Assembly (NCBI GenBank): GCA_963831845.1
Contig: CAWHRT010000025.1
Coordinates: 16,659 to 80,658 of the forward strand
Origin: an uncultured Solirubrobacterales bacterium
Lineage (GTDB): Bacteria > Actinomycetota > Thermoleophilia > Solirubrobacterales > Solirubrobacteraceae
DNA length: 64,000 nucleotides
Direction: 5' to 3'
Below are positions 28,321 through 38,717 of the stretch, piece by piece. A model generated the notes under the pieces. That model ran no database searches, was not told the DNA's origin, and worked only from the letters and a program-made list of their open reading frames with translations. Made by a program: the position numbers and the translations under genes. Position 1 is the stretch's first letter. Each line of letters opens with the position of its first letter.

Positions 28321-28656
28321 TCAGACGCCGGGCACCGTCACCGGAATGACGGTCTGCCCCCGATCGTTGCCGTCCTCGACGGTCAGCACGTACAGGTAGG
28401 TCCCACGCGCCCATTGCCGGCGAGGGATCGCGTTGAGTACGTAGACACCTGGAGAGACCTCGGCGGCGACCCCGAGATCGGCCGGCGGGCCGCCCGGGCC
28501 GACAATCGGCGACGCAAGGTCGAACGCTTTCGTCTCCAGGTTCTTCACGGGGTCGCCGTCGTGATCGATGACCGACGCCGTGAAGTTGACTTGCTCTTTG
28601 TTTGCCTCCTCCGCCGCACCCGGGCTGGCCGCGGCGGCGATGTGAAAGCGTCCCAT
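28321..28656 (-). CDS. small Ig-like hypothetical protein
   Basis: SVIDHDGDPVKNL..EVSPGVYVL..GTYLYVLTVED beta-sandwich pattern. Confidence 0.65.
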   Translation of the reverse strand: MGRFHIAAAASPGAAEEANKEQVNFTASVIDHDGDPVKNLETKAFDLASPIVGPGGPPADLGVAAEVSPGVYVLNAIPRRQWARGTYLYVLTVEDGNDRGQTVIPVTVPGV

Positions 28657-28739
28657 GTAACGATTCTCACGCAGACGGCGCACGGTTGCAAGGCGCGCGT
28701 CACAGACTTGTCGGACTTCGGGTGGTGGCGACGCACGTG

Positions 28740-28856
28740 TGTCCAGCTCAACGTCGACAGCTCAGAGCCTGACGGCGTCCTGTGCGAACAGGGATCGCGC
28801 TTCGGCGGTCACGCGCTCTACATCAAGGACGGCAAGTTGCAGTACGTCTACAACGC
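28740..28856 (+). pseudogene. internal remnant of an arylsulfatase C-terminal domain
   Basis: DGVLCEQGSRFGGHALYIKDGKLQYVYN; no start and no flanking domain. Confidence 0.7.
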
Positions 28857-28861
28857 ACCCT

Positions 28862-29215
28862 TCAGGCGGGCTGCCACAGCTCGACCCGATTGTTCTCGGG
28901 ATCGGTGACCCAGCCGAATCGGCCGACACCCTCCATGTCCTGCGTCTCCTCAGCCACGTTCGCTCCCTTGGCGCGCAATTGCGCCAGCATCGCATCGAGG
29001 TTGCCCACCCGGAAGTTGAGCATGGTGTGCTGGGCGCGGGACCCGAAGTAGTCGGTCTCGGACTCGAACGTCGCGAACACCGTCAGCCCGGCGCCCTGAC
29101 GCCAGAGGCCGTTCTCATCGATGTCCAGGCCCAAGCAATCGCGATACCACGCACTCAGGGCCGCCGGGTCGGCAGCCCGCATGAAGTACCCCCCGATTCC
29201 AAGGACCCGTTCCAT
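28862..29215 (-). CDS. VOC/glyoxalase family protein
   Basis: RVLGIGGYFMRAADP..MLNFRV..FGWVTDPENNRVELWQP. Confidence 0.93.
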   Translation of the reverse strand: MERVLGIGGYFMRAADPAALSAWYRDCLGLDIDENGLWRQGAGLTVFATFESETDYFGSRAQHTMLNFRVGNLDAMLAQLRAKGANVAEETQDMEGVGRFGWVTDPENNRVELWQPA

Positions 29216-29353
29216 GCCGTCATCTTGTCAGGACGAGGATCGGGCGGCCGGCAGACGCGCCGCGTGTCGCTGACCCGGGCGGTCCGCTTGGCGGCCCAGA
29301 TGGGCGCTCTACGCGACTAGCCGCACACCGGCCCACCGAGGACCTAGGGAAGG

Positions 29354-31153
29354 TCAGACTTGATCCGCAAGCGACCGCAACTGCAGAGCCATGTGTAGCT
29401 CGAGCGCTCGGTCGGGCGACTGCCAATCGTCGCCGAGGAGAGCAGCGACGCGGGCGAGGCGCTTGACCACGGTGTTCGGGTGAACGTAGAGCGCGCGGGC
29501 GGTGCGGGCGAGATTGGTGCCCTCGCGAAAGTAAGCGTGCACCGTGTCCAGGAGTGCTGTCCCTTGGGCAGCGTCGTGCTCGCTCAGCGGCCCGATGGTG
29601 GCGTGCAGGAAAGTCGCTAGGTCGTCGCTCCGCTCGGGGTTGACGAGGATGCCGTAGATGCCAAGCTCGTGGGCGCTGACCGCAGCGTCGGCGCGCCCGA
29701 GCGACTGCAACAACGCTGCGGAGCGCTCTGCTAGGCGCATCTGGCCACCCAGCGCGACTGGCTGTTGCGGCTCGGCCGCGCAGACGATCAGGCTGCCGCC
29801 GAGTTCGCGCTTTAGGCGCTGATGCACGAATCGGGCGAGTTCTTCAGCGTCGCTTCCCGGTAGGAAGGCTCCGGCACCCGACCCGTGCTCGCCACCGAGG
29901 CCGGCACGTGAGCGTGCCAGTGACGACATCGCCCATGCAAGGTCGAGCGGACGTCCCGACTCGCGGCGTGCGAACACCGCGACGAATGAACCGCTGAGGT
30001 CAATCCCGCGCGCCCGCGCGAGTAGGCGCTGATGGTCACGGAGCGTCCCGCCGCTAGCAAGCTCCCTAAAGAGCTGGCCGTGCACTCGTTCTTCGGCTTC
30101 GACGATCGCCTGTTGTCGGAAAACGAGCAGGCTGACGATGTGGGCCGCACGTTCCAGATCGCGCAGCTCTGCTTGGTCGAGCCGCGTCTCGATCTCCATA
30201 ACCAGCGCTCCCTGGCGCGCATGCCCCACTCCAAGAGCTGTGACGTACCCGCCGTCCATTGGGACCGCGTGACCGCTGCGCCGGCTCTCGGCGATCGCCT
30301 GCTCGAGCTCCTGCGCCTCGGGTTGGAGGACGCGCACATTGGCGTTGAATGCCGCCGAGAGCTCTTGCGTAACGTCGTCAACGTCGGCGCCTTCGAGCAC
30401 GAGGCGCGTCAGTCGGTCGTGAAATTCGGCGGCGCGCCGGATGCTCACTGCGTCCTCCTCCGCTGCGCGCCGGGCGGCGTCGAGCTGGTCGAAGAGGCGC
30501 GCGTTGTCGAGCGCGATCGCCGCGTGGTCGGCGAAAGCTTCGAGCAGCACGCTCTCTTCGGTGCTCGGCGGGCGTTCGAACCTGTTCGCGGCGTAGAGGA
30601 TCCCGACGACCTCGCCGCGGATCTTCAATGGCACGCCGAGCACGGACACGAGCTCGTCTTCGGCCAGCGCGGCGTCGAGCGCCGGATCGTGGACGATCGT
30701 GTCGCTCTGGGCGTACCGGCGCGTCCATAGCGGGCTGCCGGTCTTCGCGATCTGCGCCGCCATGCCGGTGCCAGGCCGCGTGTGAATGTGCTTGAAGGCG
30801 GGTGAGGTCAGCCCGACGCTCGCGCGTACGGTGACCCCGCCGTCCTCCTCCCGGACGGCGATGTAGCTGGCATCCGCACTCGGCACGAGGTCTTGCGCCC
30901 GCTCGGCGATCGATTGGAGTACCTCGTCGATCGTCCGTACGGTCGTCAGGTCGCGGGCCGTTGCGTAGAGGCCGCTCAGTTCGCGCTCGCGCCGGCGGAG
31001 GTGGGCCAGGACGTTGAACACGTCCATCGCCGCGTCGAGCGCGTCCTCGAGCCCCGCCGCCGCGACGACGCGCTCCACCTCCCGGGCATCTATCGACGTG
31101 GCCAGGGCGCGCAGCACCTCAGCCGGGGTGGTGGTTTCCGACACCCGGTCCAT
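29354..31153 (-). CDS. GAF-domain PucR/CdaR-type transcriptional regulator
   Basis: GAF (VLGVPLKIRGEVVGILYAANR, AAIALDNARLF); C-terminal HTH NLARTARALYVHPNTVVKRL. Confidence 0.92.
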   Translation of the reverse strand: MDRVSETTTPAEVLRALATSIDAREVERVVAAAGLEDALDAAMDVFNVLAHLRRRERELSGLYATARDLTTVRTIDEVLQSIAERAQDLVPSADASYIAVREEDGGVTVRASVGLTSPAFKHIHTRPGTGMAAQIAKTGSPLWTRRYAQSDTIVHDPALDAALAEDELVSVLGVPLKIRGEVVGILYAANRFERPPSTEESVLLEAFADHAAIALDNARLFDQLDAARRAAEEDAVSIRRAAEFHDRLTRLVLEGADVDDVTQELSAAFNANVRVLQPEAQELEQAIAESRRSGHAVPMDGGYVTALGVGHARQGALVMEIETRLDQAELRDLERAAHIVSLLVFRQQAIVEAEERVHGQLFRELASGGTLRDHQRLLARARGIDLSGSFVAVFARRESGRPLDLAWAMSSLARSRAGLGGEHGSGAGAFLPGSDAEELARFVHQRLKRELGGSLIVCAAEPQQPVALGGQMRLAERSAALLQSLGRADAAVSAHELGIYGILVNPERSDDLATFLHATIGPLSEHDAAQGTALLDTVHAYFREGTNLARTARALYVHPNTVVKRLARVAALLGDDWQSPDRALELHMALQLRSLADQV

Positions 31154-31313
31154 CTAGCGGTGGGTATATCGCACGTATCGCCTCGGGTCAACGACCCTTA
31201 CCTTCACACGCAGTCGAAGAGAGGAACGAAGCCGTGGCGATCATGGTCGGAGTACACGTCAGCGGCACACGTTCACGAACCGCGTGGTCGGCACTGCTAC
31301 GCGGAGGTGACCG

Positions 31314-33497
31314 GTGACCGCGACCGACATCGGACGTGAGCCCCCAGCGGTGACTCCCCCCGTCGGGGCAGTGGATATGGGCCCCAAGGCGAACGGTGCC
31401 AACGCACGGCCGGTTGATGGCGCGTCGGCACGCGCGGGCGGCCCGACGCTGGCTTCGACTTGGATCGCGGTCAGCGGAGAGCCACTCACCGACCGGCTTC
31501 TCGAGTGGCCCCCGGATGTGTTTGCACTCACGAACGAGATCCTGAGGCGGGCGGACGCGTTTCGCTACGCCCTCTCCGGCAAGGACTGGCCGCCCACCCG
31601 GTTTCCGGACTGGGGTCGCGCGGTCGAGGAGGCGGGTCGCCACTGGAGTGCGCGGGCCGAGGATGCAGGCGGCGCGATGCCCGACCTGGTGGCCGCGGAG
31701 TGGAGCATCGTTCGCGAGCGCGGCGACGTGCCGCTCGAGCAACTGGCACACGGGCAAGAGCATCGAGTCTGTGAGGCGCTGCTCACGCTTCACGCGATCG
31801 CCGACGAGGCCTGCGCGGGGCTCGGCGTCGCCCTGGACCACTCGGGCGTCGAGGGGTGCGTGTATCGCGCCCGCGGCCGGGAGCTGCTAGGCAGGACCGG
31901 GTCATTGGCCCGCATCGACACTCGCTTTCTGCGAGTGCTGCCCAAGGTTCGTACCCCCCCAACGGGACGACCGGCGTTCTCACGCTACGCGTGCGTGCAA
32001 GGTCCGGGCGTCAACGCGCGGTGGCACAAGTTCCCGGCTCGGCACCGCGGCAGAGACCTTCGCTCCGAATACGCCACGATGCTCCTGCTGCCGTGGCCGC
32101 TGCATGTGCGAGCGTCGGACTTTCAACCGGTCGAGGGATCGGTGCAGAGGCTTACCAAGGACCCCTACGGGTTCTTCGCGTTCGCGCCGGCAGAAGGGCT
32201 TGACCTTGACCTTCTGGATCGCGTGCTCGTCGCCGCACGGCAAGAGGCGGGCAGCGTCGATGTCGTGGTGTTGCCCGAGAGCGCCGTCGAGGAGCGCGAC
32301 CTCCATGGCCTCGAAGCGGTCCTGGACGCCCATGGAGTGGTCATGCTCCAGACGGGGGTCCGTGAGCCGATCGGAGAGTCGGGCGAGTTCCCGAGCAACT
32401 GGCTGCATATCGGGGTTAACCCAGGCCTCGAGAAAGGCGGGCCGCTGCCCGGCGAGGGGCGCCAGCCGTGGTTCCACCTTCGCCAGAACAAGCACCACCG
32501 CTGGTCGCTGGATGAAGCCCAGGTTGAGCAGTACCACTTAGGGAGCGCTCTTCACCCGCACATTCGCTGGTGGGAGGCGATGGACGCACCCCGCAAGGCG
32601 GTCGAGTTCGTCGAGGTCGCCGAACTCGTGCTGGTCTCGCTGGTGTGTGAGGACCTGGCGCAGAATGACGATGTCGCAGAGCTCATCCGGTCGGTCGGGC
32701 CAACGGGCACTTTGGTCGGGCTGCTCGACGGGCCCCAACTCGCCTCCCGCTGGGCGGCCCGGTACGCGAGTGTCCTGGCCGATGATCCCGGCTCCGCAGT
32801 GTTGACGCTGACCTCGTTCGGGATGGTCGAGCGATCCCGACCCGAAGGACGGGAGCCGTCGCGGGTGATCGCGCTGTGGAAAGACCCGACACGGGGAGTT
32901 CGCGAGATTCCGCTCGACCCCGGCGCGCAGGCGGTCCTTTTGACCGTCTGCATGGACCGCGCCCCAAGGTACAGCGCCGACCGTCGCTGGCCCGTTGACA
33001 ACAGCACCTCCTGCTACAACGTGGCCGTCCAGCAAGTCCGGGCGGTGACCGCCGGCTCGGGACCGACACCGTCGCCGTTCACCGCCCCGGCCAAGCCCGC
33101 GCTGGAGAGCGAAGAGCTCACGATTCTCACAGCCTGGGCCGAGGGGGTGTCAGAGGCCGCTGCCTACGCACCCCAGCGCATCGACGCGCTACTCGCCGAG
33201 GCTCGTGCGGGCGCGGCTTGGCGCGCCGAACTGGGGCTTCCGGAGCCGTCCCCACGACTGAGTGAAGCCCTGGACTCGCTCGCAGGACTCGTTGGCGCCG
33301 CCGTCGCACCAGCCGGCGCGCCGCCGTTCGATGCGCTGCTAACACAAGCAGGTGAGGATCGCCCCGGCGAGGGACCTCGAGCGATTGGCCCGGCGGGTGT
33401 TGCTGTCGATGCTCGAAGACGAGCGACCGGCGAGCGATGGCGCGAGGCGTCGATGCGAAGCCGGTGGCGCTGCGTAGTGCGGCCGGTGTGGCTCTGA
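31314..33497 (+). CDS. large hypothetical protein with a carbon-nitrogen hydrolase (nitrilase)-like Glu-Lys-Cys core; start uncertain, probable frameshift near 33377
   Basis: VVVLPES, QNKHHRW, LVCEDLA; the alternative frame after 33377 reads LERLARRVLLSMLED..., stop at 33477. Confidence 0.75.
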   Translation: MTATDIGREPPAVTPPVGAVDMGPKANGANARPVDGASARAGGPTLASTWIAVSGEPLTDRLLEWPPDVFALTNEILRRADAFRYALSGKDWPPTRFPDWGRAVEEAGRHWSARAEDAGGAMPDLVAAEWSIVRERGDVPLEQLAHGQEHRVCEALLTLHAIADEACAGLGVALDHSGVEGCVYRARGRELLGRTGSLARIDTRFLRVLPKVRTPPTGRPAFSRYACVQGPGVNARWHKFPARHRGRDLRSEYATMLLLPWPLHVRASDFQPVEGSVQRLTKDPYGFFAFAPAEGLDLDLLDRVLVAARQEAGSVDVVVLPESAVEERDLHGLEAVLDAHGVVMLQTGVREPIGESGEFPSNWLHIGVNPGLEKGGPLPGEGRQPWFHLRQNKHHRWSLDEAQVEQYHLGSALHPHIRWWEAMDAPRKAVEFVEVAELVLVSLVCEDLAQNDDVAELIRSVGPTGTLVGLLDGPQLASRWAARYASVLADDPGSAVLTLTSFGMVERSRPEGREPSRVIALWKDPTRGVREIPLDPGAQAVLLTVCMDRAPRYSADRRWPVDNSTSCYNVAVQQVRAVTAGSGPTPSPFTAPAKPALESEELTILTAWAEGVSEAAAYAPQRIDALLAEARAGAAWRAELGLPEPSPRLSEALDSLAGLVGAAVAPAGAPPFDALLTQAGEDRPGEGPRAIGPAGVAVDARRRATGERWREASMRSRWRCVVRPVWL

Positions 33498-33699
33498 TCG
33501 CTACCACGAGGTGCCGTGTTCGAGCTCGAGCCGGGACTGCGGCCGGCGCCGCACGAGGCCAAGCCCAGCCCTCAGGGTGTATGGTCGATTGAAGCCTCGC
33601 CCGAACGGTGGCGGGGTAGCCCTTGCGGCTTCCACTCCTGGCCGGCCTTTGGCACGTCGACCCTCAGCGGTCCGCGCATGTCACACAAAGGAGCCGGCA

Positions 33700-34515
33700 A
33701 TGACGCTTTCCCCACCGCCGGAGCAGCCGGTCCGCGCACTATTTGATCGACCCGGGGACCCGCGGTCGAGGAGGGTCGCGCGGATCGCGGGCATCTTTAT
33801 GGTCATCACGTTCATCTCTATCCCGGCGTTGCCGCTGTATGACCAGGTGCTCCACAACACGAACTTCGTCGTCGGCGCCGGCGGCGACGCGCGCGTGTAC
33901 GTGGGGGCGTTGTTCGAGATCCTCACTCTCATTGCTGGCATCGGTATGGCCGTGACCCTGTACCCCGTCCTCAGGCGCCAGAGCGAAAGCCTCGCGCTGG
34001 GTTATGTGACCGTGCGTGTCGTCGAGTCCTGCCTCATCGCGGTGGGCATCGTCAGCCTGCTCGCGGTGGTGACCCTGCGCCAGGACCTCGCCGGCGCCAC
34101 CGGGACCGACAACGCGTCGCTCATCCTCAGCGGCCGGTCGCTGGTCGCCGTCCATGACGCGACGTTCTTGCTTGGCCCGGCGTTCTGCGCGGCCATCGGC
34201 AACGGGCTCATCCTCGGCTACCTGATGTTGCGGTCGGGGCTTGTGCCGCGGCGCTTCGCCCAGTTCGGCGTCGCCGGCGGTTCGCTCGCCCTGCTCACGG
34301 CGCTTCTCGTGTTGTTCGGCGCCTACGACCAGAGTTCCGGGGCATCGTTCATCCTGACGCTGCCGGAGGCGGCCTGGGAGCTGTCGCTGGGCATCTACCT
34401 CATCGTCAAGGGCTTCAAGCCGTCGCCCATCCTCTACGACGACGGGCGCCACGCTGGCGTGGACGGCCCGCTGATTCCGGTGCTCGCGGCACCGGAGCCA
34501 GTCGCCGCACCGTGA
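33700..34515 (+). CDS. DUF4386 family membrane protein
   Basis: ARIAG, LYPVLRR..LALGY..R..E, YLMLRSGLVPR, ELSLGIYLIVKGF; AAGGAG RBS. Confidence 0.88.
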   Translation: MTLSPPPEQPVRALFDRPGDPRSRRVARIAGIFMVITFISIPALPLYDQVLHNTNFVVGAGGDARVYVGALFEILTLIAGIGMAVTLYPVLRRQSESLALGYVTVRVVESCLIAVGIVSLLAVVTLRQDLAGATGTDNASLILSGRSLVAVHDATFLLGPAFCAAIGNGLILGYLMLRSGLVPRRFAQFGVAGGSLALLTALLVLFGAYDQSSGASFILTLPEAAWELSLGIYLIVKGFKPSPILYDDGRHAGVDGPLIPVLAAPEPVAAP

Positions 34516-34712
34516 CGTCCCCATCGTCGGCGCGTCCGGGAGGTGAGCAAGTGCGCGCGGGAGATGGGGCGGTACTGGTCCAGGCGCCTTCACCAACAGT
34601 CAACTGACCCGACCCAGCTATCAGGTCGCCGCTCCATCTGGCTTGCCCGGCGGCGACGGCTCGTGTACGCTCGCCGCGGCGTTTCTCATCGGGGCATCGG
34701 AGGGAGTGGGCC

Positions 34713-36729
34713 GTGAACGTGATGTTGCGGAGCGCGGGTCGACCGCTGCCGCGCGGCGGGATCAATTCAGGGTCGGCGTGCGCGTCGTGCGCTCGGCGTA
34801 CTCGGCCCGTTGGTGGCGGTCGGACTGGCAGTGTTCTTGGCAGTGAGCTCGACCGCTCAGGCGGCGCCGCCGGTCACGATCACCTACACCTCGACTTCCG
34901 GGCAGTTCGCGGTGCCCGCCGGAGTTACGAGCCTGCAGATCGCCGCGCGCGGCGCGAGCGGCGGATCGGGTGGCCCAGGCGGCGCGTCTGGTGGTGGCGG
35001 GAGCCCTGGGTCGCAGGTCACGGGCACTTTTCCGGTGACGCCTGGGCAGGTACTGGGCGTTCAGGCGGGCGAGGGCGGCGGTGACGGGTCGCCGTCGGAC
35101 AGCAACTGTAACTCGGCGTCGGGCGGTCAGCCCGGCATCTTCAGTCAACTATCCGGGGGCGATGGCGGGCAAGGCACAGGGTGCGATGGCAGCGGGGGCG
35201 GCGCGGGCGGGGCTGCCTCGTTCGTCTCCCTCCCTGGCGGCACGGCGGTGGTCATCGCCGCTGGCGGCGGCGGCGGCGGCGGTAGCGGCGTCGTCAGCGG
35301 TGGAGCGGGCGGCCCTGGTGGCAGTGGTAGCAACGGCGGTGGCGACGGAACCGGCAACCCGGGCTCCGGGGGCGCTCGTGGTGGCCAGCCTGTCAACCCT
35401 GGTGGTCGTGGCGCCGACGCCTGTCCGGGCTGCGACTCGGGTGGCGGCGGTGGCGGCGGGGGAGGCCTGAATGGCGGAAACGGTGGTGGTGCTGCGGCCG
35501 GCGGCAGTGGTGGCGGTGGTGGCGGCGCCGGGACAGACTTCGTGTCTTCCTCGATCAGCAATCCGGTGATCTCCGTATCGTCGGCGGGGCCTGGCGCCGA
35601 CGGGCTGGTCACGATCACGTACACGCCGCCGGACACGACCACGACCGAGGTGAGTTGTTCGCCGGGTAGCGTGGTGGTGAATCGGTCGACGACATGTACG
35701 GCGACGGTCACCGACACCGAGACCACCGATCCGAGCACGCCGACGGGGACGGTGAGCTTCACGTCGAGCGGCGCGGGCACCTTCGGCGGGAATCCGTGCA
35801 CGCTTCAGGGATCCGGCATGAGCGCTCGCTGTTCGGTGAGCTACACGCCCACGGGCGTCGGGACGGCGTTACATACGATCACCGCGGATTACGGTGGCGA
35901 CCTAGCGGGCCAGGGGCACGGGGCGCACCTGCTCTCAGTCGGCAGCAGCGAGCCTGTGCGGATCGGCTTGCGCTCGGCGGTCATCGTCGCCAAGTGCTTG
36001 CCGGTTTACGTGCCGTTGGGGAAGCCGGCGACGTGCAAGGCGACGGTCACAGACAGCAGCGGTTCAGGTAGCGCGATCACGCCGAGCGGAACCGTCTCCT
36101 TCGCCCTGGAACCATTGTGGAGCGGGCAGAAGGTGAAGGGCACGTTCTCAGGCGGCGGGCAGTGCACGCTTCAGGGGTCGGGAGCGTCGGCAGCGTGCTC
36201 TGTGAGCTACACGCCGACCGCCGTTGGCGGGCTGCACATGATCGTCGTCGTCTATAACGGCGATCAGGCGCACTCGAGCGGCCCGCGGAATGTCTCGTTC
36301 GTGATCGCCACCGCCGCGGTCGGAGCGCCTGCGGGTCGTTGCGGCGGTGTGGCGGTGACGGTTCGCGGCAGTGCCCGCGCGGACCGGCTGGCCGGCACGC
36401 GGAGCGGCGACGTGATCGCTACTGGTTCGGGCGTCGACCGCATCGGCGCCGGCGGCGGCAGCGACCTGGTCTGCGCCGGCGCCGGCAACGACCGCATCTT
36501 CGGAGGCCAGGGCAACGACCGCATCTTCGGCGGCCCGGGCAACGACCGCATCACCCCCGGTCCGGGCCGCGATCACGTCGACGCCGGCGCCGGCAACGAC
36601 CGGGTGTTCGCCCGCGATGGCCGGCGCGACGTGATCGACTGCGGCCCCGGCCACGACGTAGCCATCGTCGACGCCGTCGACCGCACTCGCCGCTGCGAGA
36701 TCGTCATCCGGCCGCGGCGCCGACGCTAG
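34713..36729 (+). CDS. secreted Gly-rich protein with two Ig-like domains and C-terminal RTX Ca-binding repeats (start 34713 if a frameshift near 34765 is an error, otherwise TTG 34810)
   Basis: Signal ending AQA; FAVPAGVTSL..GASGG Gly-rich domain; two CTATVTD..TPxGTVSF..CSVSYTPT..YxGD units; GGxGNDRI repeats; RDGRRDVIDCGPG tail. Confidence 0.85.
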
Positions 36730-36906
36730 CCGAGCAGCTGGACGCTAGTGCTCACGGCCACGACGGTGGGTGGGACAAGACGTCTGCGTTTCGGTGTGAT
36801 GACGAGGCGTAAGTCGAGATCGTGTACGTTGCGGATCTTCGGGACTGGCTTGCCGTTTACGTCGTAGTAAGGCTGAGGGTGCCGAGGCAAAAGCCAGCGG
36901 CTCGAT

Positions 36907-38538
36907 TCAGGTGGTGCCGATTCGCGTTTCGCGTTCGCCCCATTCGCGCTCGCGAAGGGCGAATTTCTGGACCTTGCCGGTCGAGTTCTTCGGTAGGGAT
37001 CCGAACTCGACCGCGTCGGGACATTTGTAGTGGGCGATCCGGCGCCGGCAGAAGGCGATGATCTCCTCGCCGCTCGCGCTGGCTCCGCTGTTAAGCGTGA
37101 CGAAAGCCTTTGGTCGTTCGCCCCAGCGCTCGTTCGGAATGCCGATCACCGCGCACTCGAGAACCGCCGGATGTGCACAGATTGTCTGCTCGACCTCGAT
37201 GCTCGAGATGTTCTCGCCGCCGGAGATGATGATGTCCTTGCTTCGGTCGCGCAGCTCGATGTTGCCGTCCGGGTGCCAGGCCGCGAGGTCACCGGAATGG
37301 AACCACCCGCCGCGAAACGCTTTCTCGGTGGCGGATTCGTCTGCGTAGTAGCCGCTCATCACGTTGTTACCGCGCATAACCACCTCGCCCATCGTCTCGG
37401 CGTCCTGCGGGATATCGTGCATCTGCTTGTCGACGACTCGGACGAGGTCGGCCGTGGGGTAGGCCTGGCCCTGACGCGCGAGCAGCTTCGCTCGCTGTTC
37501 GAGCGGCAGTTCCTGCGAGTCCTCCTGGACCGGACACACCGTGATCGGGCCGTAGGTTTCGGTGAGACCGTAAACGTGGACGGTGAGAAAGTTGAGCTCG
37601 GCCATGCGAGCCAGCAGGGTCGGCGAGGGTGGCGACGCGGCGACCATCACCGTCACTGGCGGCTCCAAGCGATGGGCACTGGGATGGTTGATGATCATCT
37701 GGTGCACGGTGGGCGCGCCGTTGTAGTGCGTCACTCCCTCCTGGTCGATGAGCTGCCAAACCACGGCGGGGTCCACCGCGCGCATCGTCACATGTCGAGC
37801 ACCGACCGCAGTTACCGCCCACGGGAAGCACCAGCCGTTGCAGTGGAACATCGGCAGGGTCCACAGGTACACCGACTCGGGCGCCATCCGAGCGGTGATC
37901 ACTTCGCTGAGCGCGTTCAGATACGCGCCGCGGTATGTGTATTGGACACCCTTCGGCTGCCCCGTTGTACCGGAGGTGTAGTTGATCGAGATCGTCTCCT
38001 CTTCGTCCTCGAGCCAGCTCTCCGGCGCCGCGGAGGACGCGGAATCCAGGAACGGCTCATACGCATCTCGCGCAGCGTCGGCGTTGCCACACCGGATCAC
38101 CGTCACGCCGGAGAGCTCCAGCGTGGCGACGAGCGACTCGAGCTCGGCGTCGAGCAGCAGAAAACGCGCACCGCTGTGTCCAAGGATGTATCCCACCTCG
38201 GCACTCGCAAGCCGGTGGTTGATCGCGACGAGGACGCCGCCCGCCGCCGGAACACCGAAATGTGCCTCGAGCATCGGCGCCGAATTCAACAGCAGCGTCG
38301 CCACACGATCTCCCTTGCTCAGCCCCGCCGACCTGAGCGCATTGGCGAGTCGCCACGAGCGCTCCGCGAGTTGGCGGTAGGAGTACCTGCGATCGCCATC
38401 CACCACCGCGATCTTCCCGGGATACACGTAGGCGGCCCTCCGAAGGAAATCGACCGGATTCAACTCCGAGCGAAACACCCTGCCAGCGACGCGATCTCCG
38501 GCGGTGAGGGTTCCGGTTCCAATCGGCGTGTCGGTCAT
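36907..38538 (-). CDS. acyl-CoA synthetase (AMP-binding family)
   Basis: YTSGTTGQPKG, YGLTE, WFHSGD, DRSKDIIISGGENI, TGK; AAGGAG RBS. Confidence 0.95.
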   Translation of the reverse strand: MTDTPIGTGTLTAGDRVAGRVFRSELNPVDFLRRAAYVYPGKIAVVDGDRRYSYRQLAERSWRLANALRSAGLSKGDRVATLLLNSAPMLEAHFGVPAAGGVLVAINHRLASAEVGYILGHSGARFLLLDAELESLVATLELSGVTVIRCGNADAARDAYEPFLDSASSAAPESWLEDEEETISINYTSGTTGQPKGVQYTYRGAYLNALSEVITARMAPESVYLWTLPMFHCNGWCFPWAVTAVGARHVTMRAVDPAVVWQLIDQEGVTHYNGAPTVHQMIINHPSAHRLEPPVTVMVAASPPSPTLLARMAELNFLTVHVYGLTETYGPITVCPVQEDSQELPLEQRAKLLARQGQAYPTADLVRVVDKQMHDIPQDAETMGEVVMRGNNVMSGYYADESATEKAFRGGWFHSGDLAAWHPDGNIELRDRSKDIIISGGENISSIEVEQTICAHPAVLECAVIGIPNERWGERPKAFVTLNSGASASGEEIIAFCRRRIAHYKCPDAVEFGSLPKNSTGKVQKFALREREWGERETRIGTT

Positions 38539-38660
38539 GACGCTCCTTCTCGATATCTCGATGTCGTCCACCATCGGCGGCATCAGTGCCCCTCAATCCC
38601 ATTGTCTCAGCAGAATCAAACGGGAGCCAAGCGCGCTCGGTCAGCGGCTCGCCCTCCTAC

Positions 38661-38717
38661 TTGTCAGTGAGGCTGACAACCTGATACCGTCTCAGGAGAT
38701 GTCAGACCCACTGACAA
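38661..38717. promoter_or_regulatory. two palindromic MarR operators TGTCAG-N5-CTGACA
   Basis: TTGTCAGTGAGGCTGACAA at 38661..38679 and TGTCAGACCCACTGACAA at 38700..38717, the second overlapping the marR ATG. Confidence 0.8.

Noticed and set aside
31314-33497. Calling this a DRT-type RT-nitrilase defence system
   Set aside because: No RT motifs are present in this ORF or its neighbours; kept only as an unassigned nitrilase-like protein.
35265-35530. GGC/GGT trinucleotide runs as microsatellites
   Set aside because: They are explained by poly-Gly coding in the secreted protein.
37030-38670. Long ORFs opposite or overlapping real genes (also 26564..28033, 56503..57789, 61502..63142)
   Set aside because: These are typical high-GC shadow frames with Arg/Gly/Ala-biased translations and no motifs.
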